The position numbers were made by a program, and so were the translations under genes. This document shows, piece by piece, positions 47,100 through 57,126 of a stretch of 64,000 nt of DNA. The notes under the pieces are model-generated. The model worked only from the letters and a program-made list of their open reading frames with translations, searched no databases and was not told the DNA's origin. The stretch's first letter is position 1. Every line of letters begins with the position of its first letter. Location of the stretch: positions 1,328,419 through 1,392,418 of the forward strand of contig OZ245729.1 in NCBI GenBank assembly GCA_965227215.1, written 5' to 3'. This DNA is from Gracilimonas sp. (lineage in GTDB: Bacteria; Bacteroidota; Rhodothermia; Balneolales; Balneolaceae).

Positions 47100-48440
47100 C
47101 TATATAGCTTTTTCAATCCTTTGGAGCAACTCCTTTGCAAAAGCTTTTTGCTCCGGCTTCATAAACACGCTCCTTAGAATAGTCACCTGTTCCGAGTCCA
47201 CATTATACTCTGGGTGAAGTTGGGCAAAAGTATCGGCAGGTATTTTATACAGGGAAAGATAAAATGATTGCTCTCTCATGCCTGCATCGAACACGGCTTT
47301 TGATTTTGCAGAGATCTCCGATGTCGTCTCTGCTTCTGCCGGAAAGTACCCCAAAATATCCAGCTCCGGTTTTTTGAACGCCTTGAGTTTTTGTGATGAT
47401 TCGACCAAGTCATACATATTTCGTGCAGCCTGAAGACACTTTTTCAGGATGGGGCCGAAGCCCTCTTTTTCGTTCAGTGGAAACATCTGCAAGGTGGCCC
47501 AAAGTGCTACCGCAGCCGCCCCGGCCCGTGAACATTCCAGACTGATTTCGCCAAGGTGAAGATCTTCCGAAGTGAAATAGGTGTAGGGAGAATCATGTTT
47601 ATAGAATTTTCCTACAGCCGGATCTTTGAACAGCACGCATCCACACCCATAGGGTTGAAGCCCGTGTTTATGAGGATCCACCACGATACTGTCAGCCTCT
47701 TCCATCAGCTTCCAGCACGTTCCGTCTATGATCCCTGAATCTTTAAGCGTTCTGAAAAAACCGCCATAGGCAGCATCGATATGAATTCGGATTCCATGTT
47801 CTTTTGCCCAGGGCAGAATTTGATCCAATGGCTCTACCTCCCCGAGCCCGGTAGTTCCGAGAGTTACGACGATGGTGCCAATTTCTTCAGCATCCACTTC
47901 ATCAAGGCTAAAAGAACCCTCATTATTCACCGGCACTTTTACTCCATCCACCCTCAAAACCCCACACATTCGCTGATGGGTATAATGGGAATTTTCAGAG
48001 AAGGCAATCTTTTTATCGGGATGGGATTCCCGTGCAACCCACAGAGCTTCCAGGTTCGCAATGGTTCCGCTTGCTGTTAGGTGCCCTAAGAATTCATCAC
48101 CATAACCAAAAAAGCGAGCCAGATCAGCTACCGCTTCCTTTTCCATTTCAGATGAAGGGGGGCCACCGTCCAGTGCGTGGTTGTTTGGATTGATGGACAT
48201 TGCCATGGCGTAAGCTGCCCACGTAAGCGGATGGGGTGGCTTCAGCATTTGCCCCGCATATACCGGATGGTGAAACGGGAAATTACACTTCAGACGTTGA
48301 ACCAAACGGGTAAAAACTTCCTGCTCCTTTTCTTCAGAAACAGATAGAGTGGAATCCTGCTCCCACTCACCAAAAGCAGCCTTCCAATCTGTAAGCTGCT
48401 CCAGAGCCCGGTCTAAGGTTTTTTTTGATGCCTCATCCAT
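47100..48440 (-). CDS. pyridoxal-phosphate-dependent (group II) decarboxylase
   Basis: 446 aa. SGTIANLEALWVARE, DAAYGGF and the PLP-lysine region VVDPHKHGL. Confidence 0.8.
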   Translation of the reverse strand: MDEASKKTLDRALEQLTDWKAAFGEWEQDSTLSVSEEKEQEVFTRLVQRLKCNFPFHHPVYAGQMLKPPHPLTWAAYAMAMSINPNNHALDGGPPSSEMEKEAVADLARFFGYGDEFLGHLTASGTIANLEALWVARESHPDKKIAFSENSHYTHQRMCGVLRVDGVKVPVNNEGSFSLDEVDAEEIGTIVVTLGTTGLGEVEPLDQILPWAKEHGIRIHIDAAYGGFFRTLKDSGIIDGTCWKLMEEADSIVVDPHKHGLQPYGCGCVLFKDPAVGKFYKHDSPYTYFTSEDLHLGEISLECSRAGAAAVALWATLQMFPLNEKEGFGPILKKCLQAARNMYDLVESSQKLKAFKKPELDILGYFPAEAETTSEISAKSKAVFDAGMREQSFYLSLYKIPADTFAQLHPEYNVDSEQVTILRSVFMKPEQKAFAKELLQRIEKAI

Positions 48441-49315
48441 TAGTAAAGATTTACAGAAACACCGGCAGAAAGCACTTGTTTAAGCTGTACTTCGCTTGAG
48501 AAGTCGTTATCGTAGCGAAGCTCGAACTGAAAGGAAGCACTGACAATACTGTTGATTTGCCCCACCAGTTCATTTCCCCACATCACGTCTGTTTCACTAA
48601 TGGGTATCAGAAAATTGGTGAAGGTTTCGAGGCTGCTGCTGTACATAATATTTTCAGCCACTTGTTTTTCAAAGGTGATACCGGTTGTTAAACCACCTTC
48701 TGACCGGAAATTCTCTCCGGGTTCCAGGCCATAGACGGCGGATAAACTGTCATCATTTACAATGGTTTGTTTAAGTCCCAAACCCGCCTCAAATGTAAAA
48801 GCGTTGCCGGGCTCGTATGCTAAACCAATTCCTTCATTGATGTAAGCAGGGGCCATAAAGTCTGAGATCAGTACATCGGGAACTCCTTCTTCACTGCTAT
48901 ATTCGTACCCCTTATCAAACTGGGTTTGAAAGCCAACAACGCCATAAGCTGCCAGTGAGCCATCTTCTTCAAAAGTATACGTGAAGCGGTTTCTGATAGA
49001 AATAAGGTCATCTGTTTTGCGGACCCCTTCGTTTTTAATCCTGGACTGTCCATACTTCACATTGGTACGGAATCCATAGGCAAACTTGTCTTGCCGGTAC
49101 AGTAAATTTAGCACGGATGAACCTGTTCCACTCACTGAGCTGGCGCCACCCTGAGACCAGTTACTATAGGCGGCTTGTGAACCGTTGAAACTGGCCACCC
49201 ATTTTTGTTCCCATCCGTTTAAGGTATCCGGAACGGTAATAGTTTGTGCTGAAATTGAGATTGAGATAAAACTTAAAAATAGAAAGGCTGATAAAGCTTT
49301 AATTCTGATCGTCAT
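48440..49315 (-). CDS. DUF3078-like outer-membrane beta-barrel protein
   Basis: 291 aa with a signal peptide. SQAAYSNWSQGGASS motif, alternating beta-strand pattern, terminal aromatic residue. Its TAA overlaps the decarboxylase ATG (TAATG). Confidence 0.65.
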   Translation of the reverse strand: MTIRIKALSAFLFLSFISISISAQTITVPDTLNGWEQKWVASFNGSQAAYSNWSQGGASSVSGTGSSVLNLLYRQDKFAYGFRTNVKYGQSRIKNEGVRKTDDLISIRNRFTYTFEEDGSLAAYGVVGFQTQFDKGYEYSSEEGVPDVLISDFMAPAYINEGIGLAYEPGNAFTFEAGLGLKQTIVNDDSLSAVYGLEPGENFRSEGGLTTGITFEKQVAENIMYSSSLETFTNFLIPISETDVMWGNELVGQINSIVSASFQFELRYDNDFSSEVQLKQVLSAGVSVNLY

Positions 49316-49332
49316 TTTACAATAGTGGTTTA

Positions 49333-49836
49333 TTAATTATTCTTAAAAAGTACGGCTTGACTGAGGCTGCCATCTTTCAGCATCACCTCAATATGCTCTC
49401 CGGGCTTGGTAGGCACGGTTATACCCATCAAGTCGGTGCGCAAAGGGTATTTGCGGTGTCCGCGATCCAGTAAGGCAGCTATCTCAATACTTTCAGGCTC
49501 ATACACACTGCAAACTGCCGACAGCGCACCAAACATAGTTTTACCGGAGAAAATCACGTCATCAACAAGCAGCACAAACTTATCGTTGCAATCGGGGAGA
49601 TTGCTTTTTGATGCGTTCCCCTGTACATCATATCGATGAACGGGGACATCTGTTCCCATCAAATCTTCCAGGCTTTCTCCAAGAAGCCCGGCTGTTGCTT
49701 CTCCCCGTTCGTTCAAGCCAATCAAAATTAACTCACCCTCATTTTCTTTACTGATCCGTTCCCATACCTGAATCGCCATCCGCTTTAACGTGCGCTCCAT
49801 TCTGGGCCGGTCCATCAAAACAATCTGCTTTTTCAT
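49333..49836 (-). CDS. pyrR: bifunctional pyrimidine operon regulator / uracil phosphoribosyltransferase
   Basis: 167 aa. PRTase motif FVLLVDDVIFSGKT and a PyrR-like N-terminus (MDRPRMERTLKRMAIQVWE). Confidence 0.85.
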   Translation of the reverse strand: MKKQIVLMDRPRMERTLKRMAIQVWERISKENEGELILIGLNERGEATAGLLGESLEDLMGTDVPVHRYDVQGNASKSNLPDCNDKFVLLVDDVIFSGKTMFGALSAVCSVYEPESIEIAALLDRGHRKYPLRTDLMGITVPTKPGEHIEVMLKDGSLSQAVLFKNN

Positions 49837-49957
49837 AAACTGACTTTAAAATTTAGTCAAATGTACCGTTTTCTTTTCTTAGTGTTAAAAAATAACATAA
49901 AAACTTGGCACAATTTGTTATCTTAACAGTGTTAACCTCAACCTTAAAGAGAGAACT

Positions 49958-50269
49958 ATGAAACGAGTAATTGGAACATTATTAGTAAGTGCCACAGCCT
50001 TTGCCGGAGGTATGGTAACCGCTTTATTACTATCTCCAAAAAGTGGAGAGGTAAACCGGCGGTGGGTAAGCAAACAAGGGAAAAAAACCAAAGACATTCT
50101 GGAAGAGAAAAGCCGTAAATGGAGAGAGGACAATGAGAAAAGAATTGATCGCTTCTCAAAAGGCGTTAAGAAAACTCTGAAAGACTCTGTACCTAACCTG
50201 TATGAAGCCACTGAGGATCTTTATTTTTCCGAAGAAGAAGGAGTAGAAGAAATTACCCGGCATGGCTGA
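49958..50269 (+). CDS. YtxH-domain protein
   Basis: 103 aa. N-terminal TM followed by LLLSPKSGEVNRR, characteristic of YtxH. Confidence 0.7.
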   Translation: MKRVIGTLLVSATAFAGGMVTALLLSPKSGEVNRRWVSKQGKKTKDILEEKSRKWREDNEKRIDRFSKGVKKTLKDSVPNLYEATEDLYFSEEEGVEEITRHG

Positions 50270-51431
50270 ACCAGGCTTTGAACATTCAGAAGCCTTTTTG
50301 CAATGGATTTGGGAGAATCTGCTTTTTGATTTCACGGACTTACAAACAATATCCGGACAGGCGGTTACCATTCTGAATCCCGGGATGAAGAACGCCTCAG
50401 ATGGGCCTGATTTTAAGCAGGCCTCACTCGAAATTGACGGGCTTCGCTGGCATGGCGATATTGAGCTTCACACTAAAAGCTCAAACTGGAAATCACATGC
50501 CCACCATTCTGATCCCAATTTCAATACCGTTATTCTGCATGTTGTAGCTGATTCAAACCCGGAGTTGGTGCAAACCCGTAATGGCAGCCGGCCTTACACG
50601 CTCAATATTTTACCCTATCTCTCTGATAAATTGCATGTGTTCTTAAAAAATTTTGAAGAGCATTCCCCCGAGTTACCCTGTACCTCGGGCTTTCATTTTA
50701 TTTCCGAAGAAGCTTTCTACCATCAAATAGAACTCGCACACCGGGAGTATTTTGAAAAGAAGTCTGATGACTTTCTAACTTTTTTTGATCCTAACCTGCT
50801 TCCTTCCAAAGCCTGGAAACAGGCGCTTGTAACTTCTCTGTGGGATGGGCTCGGCATTCCACATAACCGGAAAGCCATGGCTGCAACTGCCTCAGAACTT
50901 TTAAAGAATTGGAATGGGCAAGATATAATCAACGGAATAGCATTGAGCCTGGAAATTGCCGGCTTCACTGACTCCAATTCAGACCTAAACTGGAATTATA
51001 AATCAGTCCGCCCCGCAAATCACCCTGAAAAACGAATAGAACAAGCCGTGGTATTAAGCTCAGCTATTCTTAAAGAACCTTTTGCTAGCTTTCTTTCTGG
51101 AGAAGCCATTGAATTATGGGGAAAATGGTTTCAAGAAACAGCATTCAATCAATCTGCTCGTTTCAAAATTTTGTTCGGCACCGTCTATCTTCCTGCACTC
51201 TATATGTTAGGCAATCTATTCGGCTCCGACACTCTGAAATCCACTTCACTCTCAGCCTGGAAAAATTTAAAGACTCCAATACCGGCCTCTTTGCTCAAAA
51301 AGTTCTATCCTTTCAATTTCCAAGATAAACGATATCGCAAAAAGCTGGGCTCAATCCACCAATTAAATTCATATTGCAAAGCTTCCCGATGCTCTGAATG
51401 TTTTGTACTAAAAAAAGCGATTCAGTCTTGA
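50262..51431 (+). CDS. DUF2851-family protein
   Basis: 389 aa. FLQWIWENLLF...GPDFKQASLEIDGLRWHGDIELHTKSSNWKSHAHHSDPNFNTVILHVV matches my recollection of the DUF2851 N-terminal block. It overlaps the ytxH-like stop by 8 nt. Confidence 0.7.
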   Translation: MAEPGFEHSEAFLQWIWENLLFDFTDLQTISGQAVTILNPGMKNASDGPDFKQASLEIDGLRWHGDIELHTKSSNWKSHAHHSDPNFNTVILHVVADSNPELVQTRNGSRPYTLNILPYLSDKLHVFLKNFEEHSPELPCTSGFHFISEEAFYHQIELAHREYFEKKSDDFLTFFDPNLLPSKAWKQALVTSLWDGLGIPHNRKAMAATASELLKNWNGQDIINGIALSLEIAGFTDSNSDLNWNYKSVRPANHPEKRIEQAVVLSSAILKEPFASFLSGEAIELWGKWFQETAFNQSARFKILFGTVYLPALYMLGNLFGSDTLKSTSLSAWKNLKTPIPASLLKKFYPFNFQDKRYRKKLGSIHQLNSYCKASRCSECFVLKKAIQS

Positions 51432-51479
51432 TTGCTTTTAAAGTGATTTCTATCTTTGGTGTCTGTCAATGACATGAAT

Positions 51480-51550
51480 TGCCCGGTCGTCTAATGGCAG
51501 GACAGCTGGTTTTGGTCCAGTCAGTGGGGGTTCGAATCCTCCCCGGGCAA
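51480..51550 (+). tRNA. tRNA-Gln (anticodon UUG)
   Basis: Hand-folded cloverleaf. Acceptor tgcccgg/ccgggca, D-arm gtct-aatggca-ggac, anticodon arm gctgg-ttTTGgt-ccagt, variable cagt, T-arm ggggg-ttcgaat-cctcc, discriminator A. CCA is not encoded. Confidence 0.9.
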
Positions 51551-51561
51551 CACATTAGCTA

Positions 51562-51589
51562 AAGGATGACTGTTAAGCCATCCTTTTTG
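51562..51589 (+). terminator. Terminator-like hairpin after tRNA-Gln
   Basis: aaggatgac-tgttaa-gccatcctt followed by tttt. Confidence 0.6.
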
Positions 51590-51655
51590 TTTATTTGATA
51601 CCGTTTACATGGCAGTAAACAACCAGTATTAACCTGAACTGAAAGCCCGCGCATA

Positions 51656-52588
51656 GTGGACACTCCCCTGGCGATTTTTTCCGGTACTAGTAACCCGGCT
51701 TTGGCAAGAGCAATTGCTGAAGAATATGGCACATCACTTGGCGATGTAACCATTAAGAAATTTTCAGATGGAGAGCAGTACGTTAAGTACGAGCAGAGCA
51801 TTCGGGGCGAAGATATTTTTGTTATACAATCTACGCCTCCTCCCGGTGATAACATTATTGAACTTCTGTTATTATTGGATGCCGCTAAACGAGCTTCAGT
51901 TAAACGGGTAACGGCCGTTATTCCTTATTTTGGATATGCCCGGCAGGATCGAAAAGATCAGCCCCGGGTTTCAATTGGTTCGAAATTAATGGCGAACCTA
52001 CTGGTTAAAGCCGGTGCCGATCGCATCTTAACGATGGATTTGCACGCAGCGCAGATACAAGGATTTTTTGATATCCCGCTTGATCATTTATATGCAAGCC
52101 GGGCTTTTATTGATCATTTTACTTCCAACCCTATCGATAATTTGGTAGTGGTAGCTCCTGATGTGGGCAGCCTGAAAATGGCTCGTGCCTATTCCAAGAA
52201 ATTGGGAGCAACACTGGCCTTTATTGATAAGAGAAGGCCTAAGGCTAACCAGTCTGAGATCATGAATCTGATTGGGGAAGTAGAAGGAAAGAATGTGTTA
52301 ATCGTCGACGATTTGATCGACACGGCCGGAACATTGACGAATGCTGCAGCAGCTTTAAAAGAACGAGGCGCGCTCAGTATTGTCGCAATTTGTACACACC
52401 CGATTTTGTCGGGCCCGGCATTTCAGCGAATCGAAGATTCGCCTATTGATGAGTTGTTGGTAACGGATACCGTTCAGCTTCGCCAGCCTTCGGACAAGAT
52501 CAAAGTGCTGAGCATTGCGAATATTTTTGCTGAAGCTATACAACGCATTCACACTAACGACACTATCAGTGCACTGTTTGATAATTAA
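51656..52588 (+). CDS. prs: ribose-phosphate pyrophosphokinase
   Basis: 310 aa. YFGYARQDRK, DLHAAQIQGFF and VLIVDDLIDTAGT. Uses a GTG start. Confidence 0.95.
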   Translation: MDTPLAIFSGTSNPALARAIAEEYGTSLGDVTIKKFSDGEQYVKYEQSIRGEDIFVIQSTPPPGDNIIELLLLLDAAKRASVKRVTAVIPYFGYARQDRKDQPRVSIGSKLMANLLVKAGADRILTMDLHAAQIQGFFDIPLDHLYASRAFIDHFTSNPIDNLVVVAPDVGSLKMARAYSKKLGATLAFIDKRRPKANQSEIMNLIGEVEGKNVLIVDDLIDTAGTLTNAAAALKERGALSIVAICTHPILSGPAFQRIEDSPIDELLVTDTVQLRQPSDKIKVLSIANIFAEAIQRIHTNDTISALFDN

Positions 52589-52607
52589 TGATTAAGGTAA
52601 ACGCATT

Positions 52608-53324
52608 ATGGCATACCCAGAATTAGTAAAACTTGAAGGAAAGGTCAGAGAGACCAGCAAAAAAGCGAACAAAGCGCTCAGGGAAGAATTAAGAGTCCCG
52701 GCTGTTCTCTATGGTCCCGACGTTGAGGAAAATGTTCATTTCTCTATTGACGAACTTGAACTGGAAAAGATTTTAAGAAAGCCTCAAACCAAGCTTCAGG
52801 AACTCACTGTTGACGGCAAGACCTACAAAACTCTGCTGAAAAGAACAGAATTTGACCCGGTTACTGACCGTCCGATCCACGCCGACTTTTATGTGCTGGC
52901 AGACGATCAAAAAGTTACACTTCGTGTTCCTATTAAGATTACAGGAAATGCGAAAGGGGTTGTTGAGAATGGTGGTCGTGTATTCAAACCAATGAATTTT
53001 GTACGAATTCGCGTACTTCCTGCTGACATTCCTGCTGAGTTTGAAATAGATATTTCTCCGCTTGAGATCGGCCAGTCATTCCATATTTCTGATTTGGATC
53101 TGGAAGGCATCATTCCTTTGGATGACCTCAGTAGAACTATTGTTACTATTCGTCCTCCGAAAGGTGCCGACTTCCTTGAAAATCTTGTGGCAGGTATTGC
53201 TGATGAGACTGAAGAAGAAGTTGTTGCTGAAGGCGAAGCTGCTGAAGGTGAAGTTGCTGAAGGCGAAGAGGCTCCTGAAGGTGAAGAAGGAGAAGATTCT
53301 TCTGAAGAAAAAACGGAAGAATAA
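52608..53324 (+). CDS. rplY: 50S ribosomal protein L25/general stress protein Ctc with acidic repeat tail
   Basis: 238 aa. L25/Ctc core (R..G..PAVLYG...) with an AEGE-repeat acidic C-terminus. Conserved prs-rplY-pth order. Confidence 0.9.
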   Translation: MAYPELVKLEGKVRETSKKANKALREELRVPAVLYGPDVEENVHFSIDELELEKILRKPQTKLQELTVDGKTYKTLLKRTEFDPVTDRPIHADFYVLADDQKVTLRVPIKITGNAKGVVENGGRVFKPMNFVRIRVLPADIPAEFEIDISPLEIGQSFHISDLDLEGIIPLDDLSRTIVTIRPPKGADFLENLVAGIADETEEEVVAEGEAAEGEVAEGEEAPEGEEGEDSSEEKTEE

Positions 53325-53368
53325 CATTTATTTGATATCCGAGAACGGTAACGTGATTCCCGCTTGAT

Positions 53369-53926
53369 ATGTCCCTTATTGTTGGATTAGGAAATATCGG
53401 GCAAGAATATGAAGGAACACGTCACAACATCGGTTTTGAAATTGTTGACGCGATAGCTGAAACTCTTTCTACCACATTTAGGCCTGGAAACGGGCCTTTT
53501 GTGGTTGCAGAAGGCAGGCATCGCGGGCGCAAGGTAGTGCTGATTAAACCAACTACTTATATGAATAAAAGTGGTGTGGCGGTACGAAAAGCACTTTCTG
53601 AGTACAAAACGGACAAGCAGGACTGCCTTATTGTTTATGACGACCTTAATCTTGACGTAGGAGACGTAAGGTTAAGGCCACAAGGCAGCGCCGGCGGTCA
53701 TAACGGGATTGCCAATATCATTGAGTTGCTGGGAACACGTGAGTTTCCGCGGCTTCGTTTCGGTATTGGTAATGACTTCCCAAAAGGCCGGCAGGTAGAT
53801 TTTGTACTTTCGCCTTTCAACAATCCAGACCAAAAATATTTGGAAGAGGGCATTCAAAAAGCCCACGATGCCTGCCTTCACTTTGCTCGGGAAGGCATCG
53901 CAAAAACAATGAACAACTTTAATTAA
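53369..53926 (+). CDS. pth: peptidyl-tRNA hydrolase
   Basis: LIVGLGNIGQEYEGTRHNIGF and GSAGGHNG motifs. Confidence 0.95.
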   Translation: MSLIVGLGNIGQEYEGTRHNIGFEIVDAIAETLSTTFRPGNGPFVVAEGRHRGRKVVLIKPTTYMNKSGVAVRKALSEYKTDKQDCLIVYDDLNLDVGDVRLRPQGSAGGHNGIANIIELLGTREFPRLRFGIGNDFPKGRQVDFVLSPFNNPDQKYLEEGIQKAHDACLHFAREGIAKTMNNFN

Positions 53927-53986
53927 TGAATGTTGACTGAAGCTACCCTTCAGCACATTGAACTTAAACTAACGTAACGGGAAACA

Positions 53987-56170
53987 ATGCATACTTTAGT
54001 CTACCTAATACCGGTGGCAGGGGTGCTCGCACTTTTGTACACTGCATTTAAATCTTCCTGGGTATCTAAACAAGATATCGGGACCGAAAAAATGGAACGC
54101 ATCAGCAAGCATATTGCCAGCGGAGCCATGGCCTTCCTTAAAGCTGAATACAAAGTTCTTTCTATCTTTGTAGCCGTTGTAGCTGTAATTCTTGCTTTCA
54201 GTGCCGACCCAACCACATCCAGCTGGATGGTTGCTATATCTTTTGTAATCGGTGCCCTTTGTTCCGGCCTGGCTGGTTTCATTGGAATGAAAGTGGCTAC
54301 CAAGGCAAACGTTCGTACAACGAATGCTGCCAGAACCGGACTTGCAAAAGGACTTGAAGTTGCTTTCGCCGGTGGTTCTGTTATGGGCCTTGGCGTAGTT
54401 GGACTTGGCGTTCTAGGACTTAGCGGCTTGTTTATCCTCTTCGGGAACTTATTTGGCCTGGAAGGAGCAAACGCCGTTAATAAGGTGCTCGCTGTTGTAA
54501 CCGGATTTTCATTCGGTGCCTCTTCTATCGCTCTTTTCGCGCGTGTTGGCGGTGGTATTTACACCAAAGCTGCCGACGTAGGTGCCGACCTTGTAGGGAA
54601 GGTTGAAGCCGGTATTCCTGAAGATCACCCGTTAAACCCTGCTACTATTGCCGACAACGTTGGTGATAACGTAGGTGATGTTGCCGGAATGGGTGCTGAC
54701 CTTTTTGAGTCTTATGTAGGATCTATTATTGGTTCTATGGTATTGGGTGCTGCTTTTATGACCATTCCCGAGTGGAGTGACAATTTTGACGGACTTTCAG
54801 CAGTACTGCTTCCTCTGGTTCTCGCCGGAACAGGAATCATTACTTCTATTTTAGGAACGTTCTTTGTACGCGTTAAGGAAGGTGGAAACCCACAAACAGC
54901 CTTAAACATAGGTGAGCTGCTTTCCGGTGTTGTTATGGTTATTGCATCCTATTTCATTATTACCTGGATGCTGCCTTCGGGATGGACCTTCAACGGTATT
55001 GAATACACCTCAATGGGCGTATTCCTGGCTACTCTGTTTGGTTTGGCTTCCGGCCTTTTGATCGGATTCGTTACCGAGCATTACACAGGTACAGGAACCA
55101 AGCCGGTTTGGTCTATTGTAAAACAATCGGTAACCGGTTCAGCCACTAACATCATCGCTGGTGTGGGTGTTGGTATGATTTCTACAGCCATTCCAATCCT
55201 GATTATAGCAGGTGCAATTATCGGAGCTTACCATTTTGCAGGATTGTATGGTATTGCGATTGCAGCCGTTGGTATGCTTGCCAACACGGGTATTCAGTTG
55301 GCAGTTGATGCTTACGGCCCTATTTCTGATAACGCCGGTGGTATTGCTGAAATGTCTGAACTGGAGCCTGAAGTACGTGAGCGTACCGATAAGCTTGATG
55401 CCGTAGGTAACACTACTGCTGCTATCGGTAAAGGATTTGCAATCGGTTCTGCAGCCTTAACTGCTCTGGCACTTTTCGCGGCTTTCATTACTGCATATAA
55501 CGCAACGCACGAAGTTCAGCTTACCGGAATTGATATAACCAATCCGTTTGTAATGGCTTCCCTTTTTGTGGGAGCTATGCTGCCATTCTTGTTCTCTGCC
55601 CTTTCAATGAACGCGGTAGGGCGTGCAGCTATGAGTATGATTGAAGAAGTTCGACGCCAGTTTGCTGACATTCCTGAACTTAAAGAAGCACTTGGAGCTA
55701 TGAACCGAAACGAAGGCAAGAAACTTGCTGACTGGTCTGATGAAGACCGCGCTATGTTTGAAGCGGCAGACGGTAAAGCTGAATATGAGAAATGTGTTGA
55801 GATTTCTACTTCGGCTTCTATCCGTGAGATGGTTGCTCCGGGTCTTCTGGCTGTAATTGTACCGGTACTGTTTGGCTTCATCGGTGGAGCTGAAATGCTG
55901 GGTGGGCTGCTTGCAGGTGTTACTTCTGCAGGTGTTCTTATGGCTCTGTTCCAGTCTAACGCCGGTGGCGCCTGGGATAACGCCAAAAAGATGATTGAAG
56001 AAGGTGTAACCATCGACGGCGTTGAGTACGGCAAAGGCTCTGAGCCTCACAAAGCCGGTGTTGTTGGTGATACGGTTGGAGATCCATTCAAGGATACTTC
56101 CGGTCCTTCACTGAACATTCTTCTTAAGCTGATGTCTGTAGTTGCCCTTGTTATTGCAACCATGATTTAA
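53987..56170 (+). CDS. hppA: membrane-bound proton/sodium-translocating pyrophosphatase
   Basis: 727 aa with about 16 TM helices. Motifs GGG(I/L)[37 protein letters not shown] and [10 protein letters not shown]. Confidence 0.95.
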   Translation: MHTLVYLIPVAGVLALLYTAFKSSWVSKQDIGTEKMERISKHIASGAMAFLKAEYKVLSIFVAVVAVILAFSADPTTSSWMVAISFVIGALCSGLAGFIGMKVATKANVRTTNAARTGLAKGLEVAFAGGSVMGLGVVGLGVLGLSGLFILFGNLFGLEGANAVNKVLAVVTGFSFGASSIALFARVGGGIYTKAADVGADLVGKVEAGIPEDHPLNPATIADNVGDNVGDVAGMGADLFESYVGSIIGSMVLGAAFMTIPEWSDNFDGLSAVLLPLVLAGTGIITSILGTFFVRVKEGGNPQTALNIGELLSGVVMVIASYFIITWMLPSGWTFNGIEYTSMGVFLATLFGLASGLLIGFVTEHYTGTGTKPVWSIVKQSVTGSATNIIAGVGVGMISTAIPILIIAGAIIGAYHFAGLYGIAIAAVGMLANTGIQLAVDAYGPISDNAGGIAEMSELEPEVRERTDKLDAVGNTTAAIGKGFAIGSAALTALALFAAFITAYNATHEVQLTGIDITNPFVMASLFVGAMLPFLFSALSMNAVGRAAMSMIEEVRRQFADIPELKEALGAMNRNEGKKLADWSDEDRAMFEAADGKAEYEKCVEISTSASIREMVAPGLLAVIVPVLFGFIGGAEMLGGLLAGVTSAGVLMALFQSNAGGAWDNAKKMIEEGVTIDGVEYGKGSEPHKAGVVGDTVGDPFKDTSGPSLNILLKLMSVVALVIATMI

Positions 56171-56190
56171 GCTTAAAAAGCACGTATTTT

Positions 56191-56227
56191 AAAGCCCTGT
56201 ACATAAATCATGTGTGGGGCTTTTTTG
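56191..56227 (+). terminator. Rho-independent terminator of hppA
   Basis: aaagccc ... gggcttt stem followed by a T-run (56221-56226). Confidence 0.7.
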
Positions 56228-56383
56228 TTTGTGATAAGAACCATTAATTGAAAAGTCATCCTAATCCCGAGAAATCGGGGAAAGATCTTCAAATGCCCTT
56301 TTTCAATTTTGAGGCAGTATCATTCTCGTGGAGATTCTTCGGCAGTAGCCTCTGAATGACTCAATAGAAAAAATTTTCTCACT

Positions 56384-57055
56384 ATGCCAAGTACCGACAT
56401 CTTTAAACTCTTCTTTCATCACGACCAGCGGCTGGATAAACTTGCCGAACGAACGCCCAATAAAAAGTCAGGTGAAATGGAATCCACCCTCGAAGATTTC
56501 ATGAAGCCTGATCCCACCTACTCAAAGTTTTACTTAACGGGAACCGACCTGGCTCAAGAGCGTTTTGGGTTGAATATGATTTCCGGATACGAAAAAGTGA
56601 TAACGGCTCTTGAAAAAGCCTTCCCTAACAAAAATGTTTTTACGGCAAAAGGAAGAACTGATGCTATCTCGAAAGCAGTTTCCGCTCTTGAGTTAGGAGA
56701 AGTATTTGTGCTTTCAGATGAGGAGTCCATAAACCTTGATATCGAAAGCCTGCATATTGATATCAACTCTAACGTCGGACATCTAAAAGAAGAACTAAAG
56801 GAAGCTCTGGAAGACGAGCACATTGTAGTTTACAAAGAACAAGCTAAAGACGGTTTTGACCTGCACATATTTTCCAAGGAGAACGTGTACACCAACATGT
56901 TTCACCCGCTGCAGGAGTTAGTGCCTGATACCTTCCGCTTCTTCAGCATTAATGGTAAGAAATTCAGATCTGAACGTCACTTCTACTTCGAAACCTGGAC
57001 CTTGGACCGACCTCCCCACGGATTTGAAGAGGTGTTTAAAAAATCAGTACTATAA
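56384..57055 (+). CDS. hypothetical protein
   Basis: 223-aa ORF with no overlapping alternative and no motif I recognise. Confidence 0.55.
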   Translation: MPSTDIFKLFFHHDQRLDKLAERTPNKKSGEMESTLEDFMKPDPTYSKFYLTGTDLAQERFGLNMISGYEKVITALEKAFPNKNVFTAKGRTDAISKAVSALELGEVFVLSDEESINLDIESLHIDINSNVGHLKEELKEALEDEHIVVYKEQAKDGFDLHIFSKENVYTNMFHPLQELVPDTFRFFSINGKKFRSERHFYFETWTLDRPPHGFEEVFKKSVL

Positions 57056-57075
57056 TACTTTACGAATTGGATTAG

Positions 57076-57125
57076 TCGTTATTCGTTAATCGTTATTCGC
57101 TCACTTCACGAATAACGAATAAACC
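57076..57125. terminator. Word-like hairpin between convergent genes (cgttattcg / cgaataacg)
   Basis: The 9-bp stem cgttattcg (57091-57099) / cgaataacg (57109-57117) is flanked by repeats of the same words. Confidence 0.55.
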
Positions 57126-57126
57126 A

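Noticed and set aside
49837-49957. Possible PyrR-binding leader or Bacteroidota-type promoter between pyrR and the ytxH-like gene
   Set aside because: I found no convincing match to the PyrR RNA-binding loop consensus or to a TAnnTTTG -7 box, only partial resemblances (ccttaaagagagaac; cacaatttg).
49918-50371. Minus-strand ORFs (97, 67 and 71 aa) opposite the ytxH-like and DUF2851 genes, and 51559-51855 opposite the prs start
   Set aside because: They are antisense to genes with family motifs, and their products are Ser/Leu/Phe-rich with no features.
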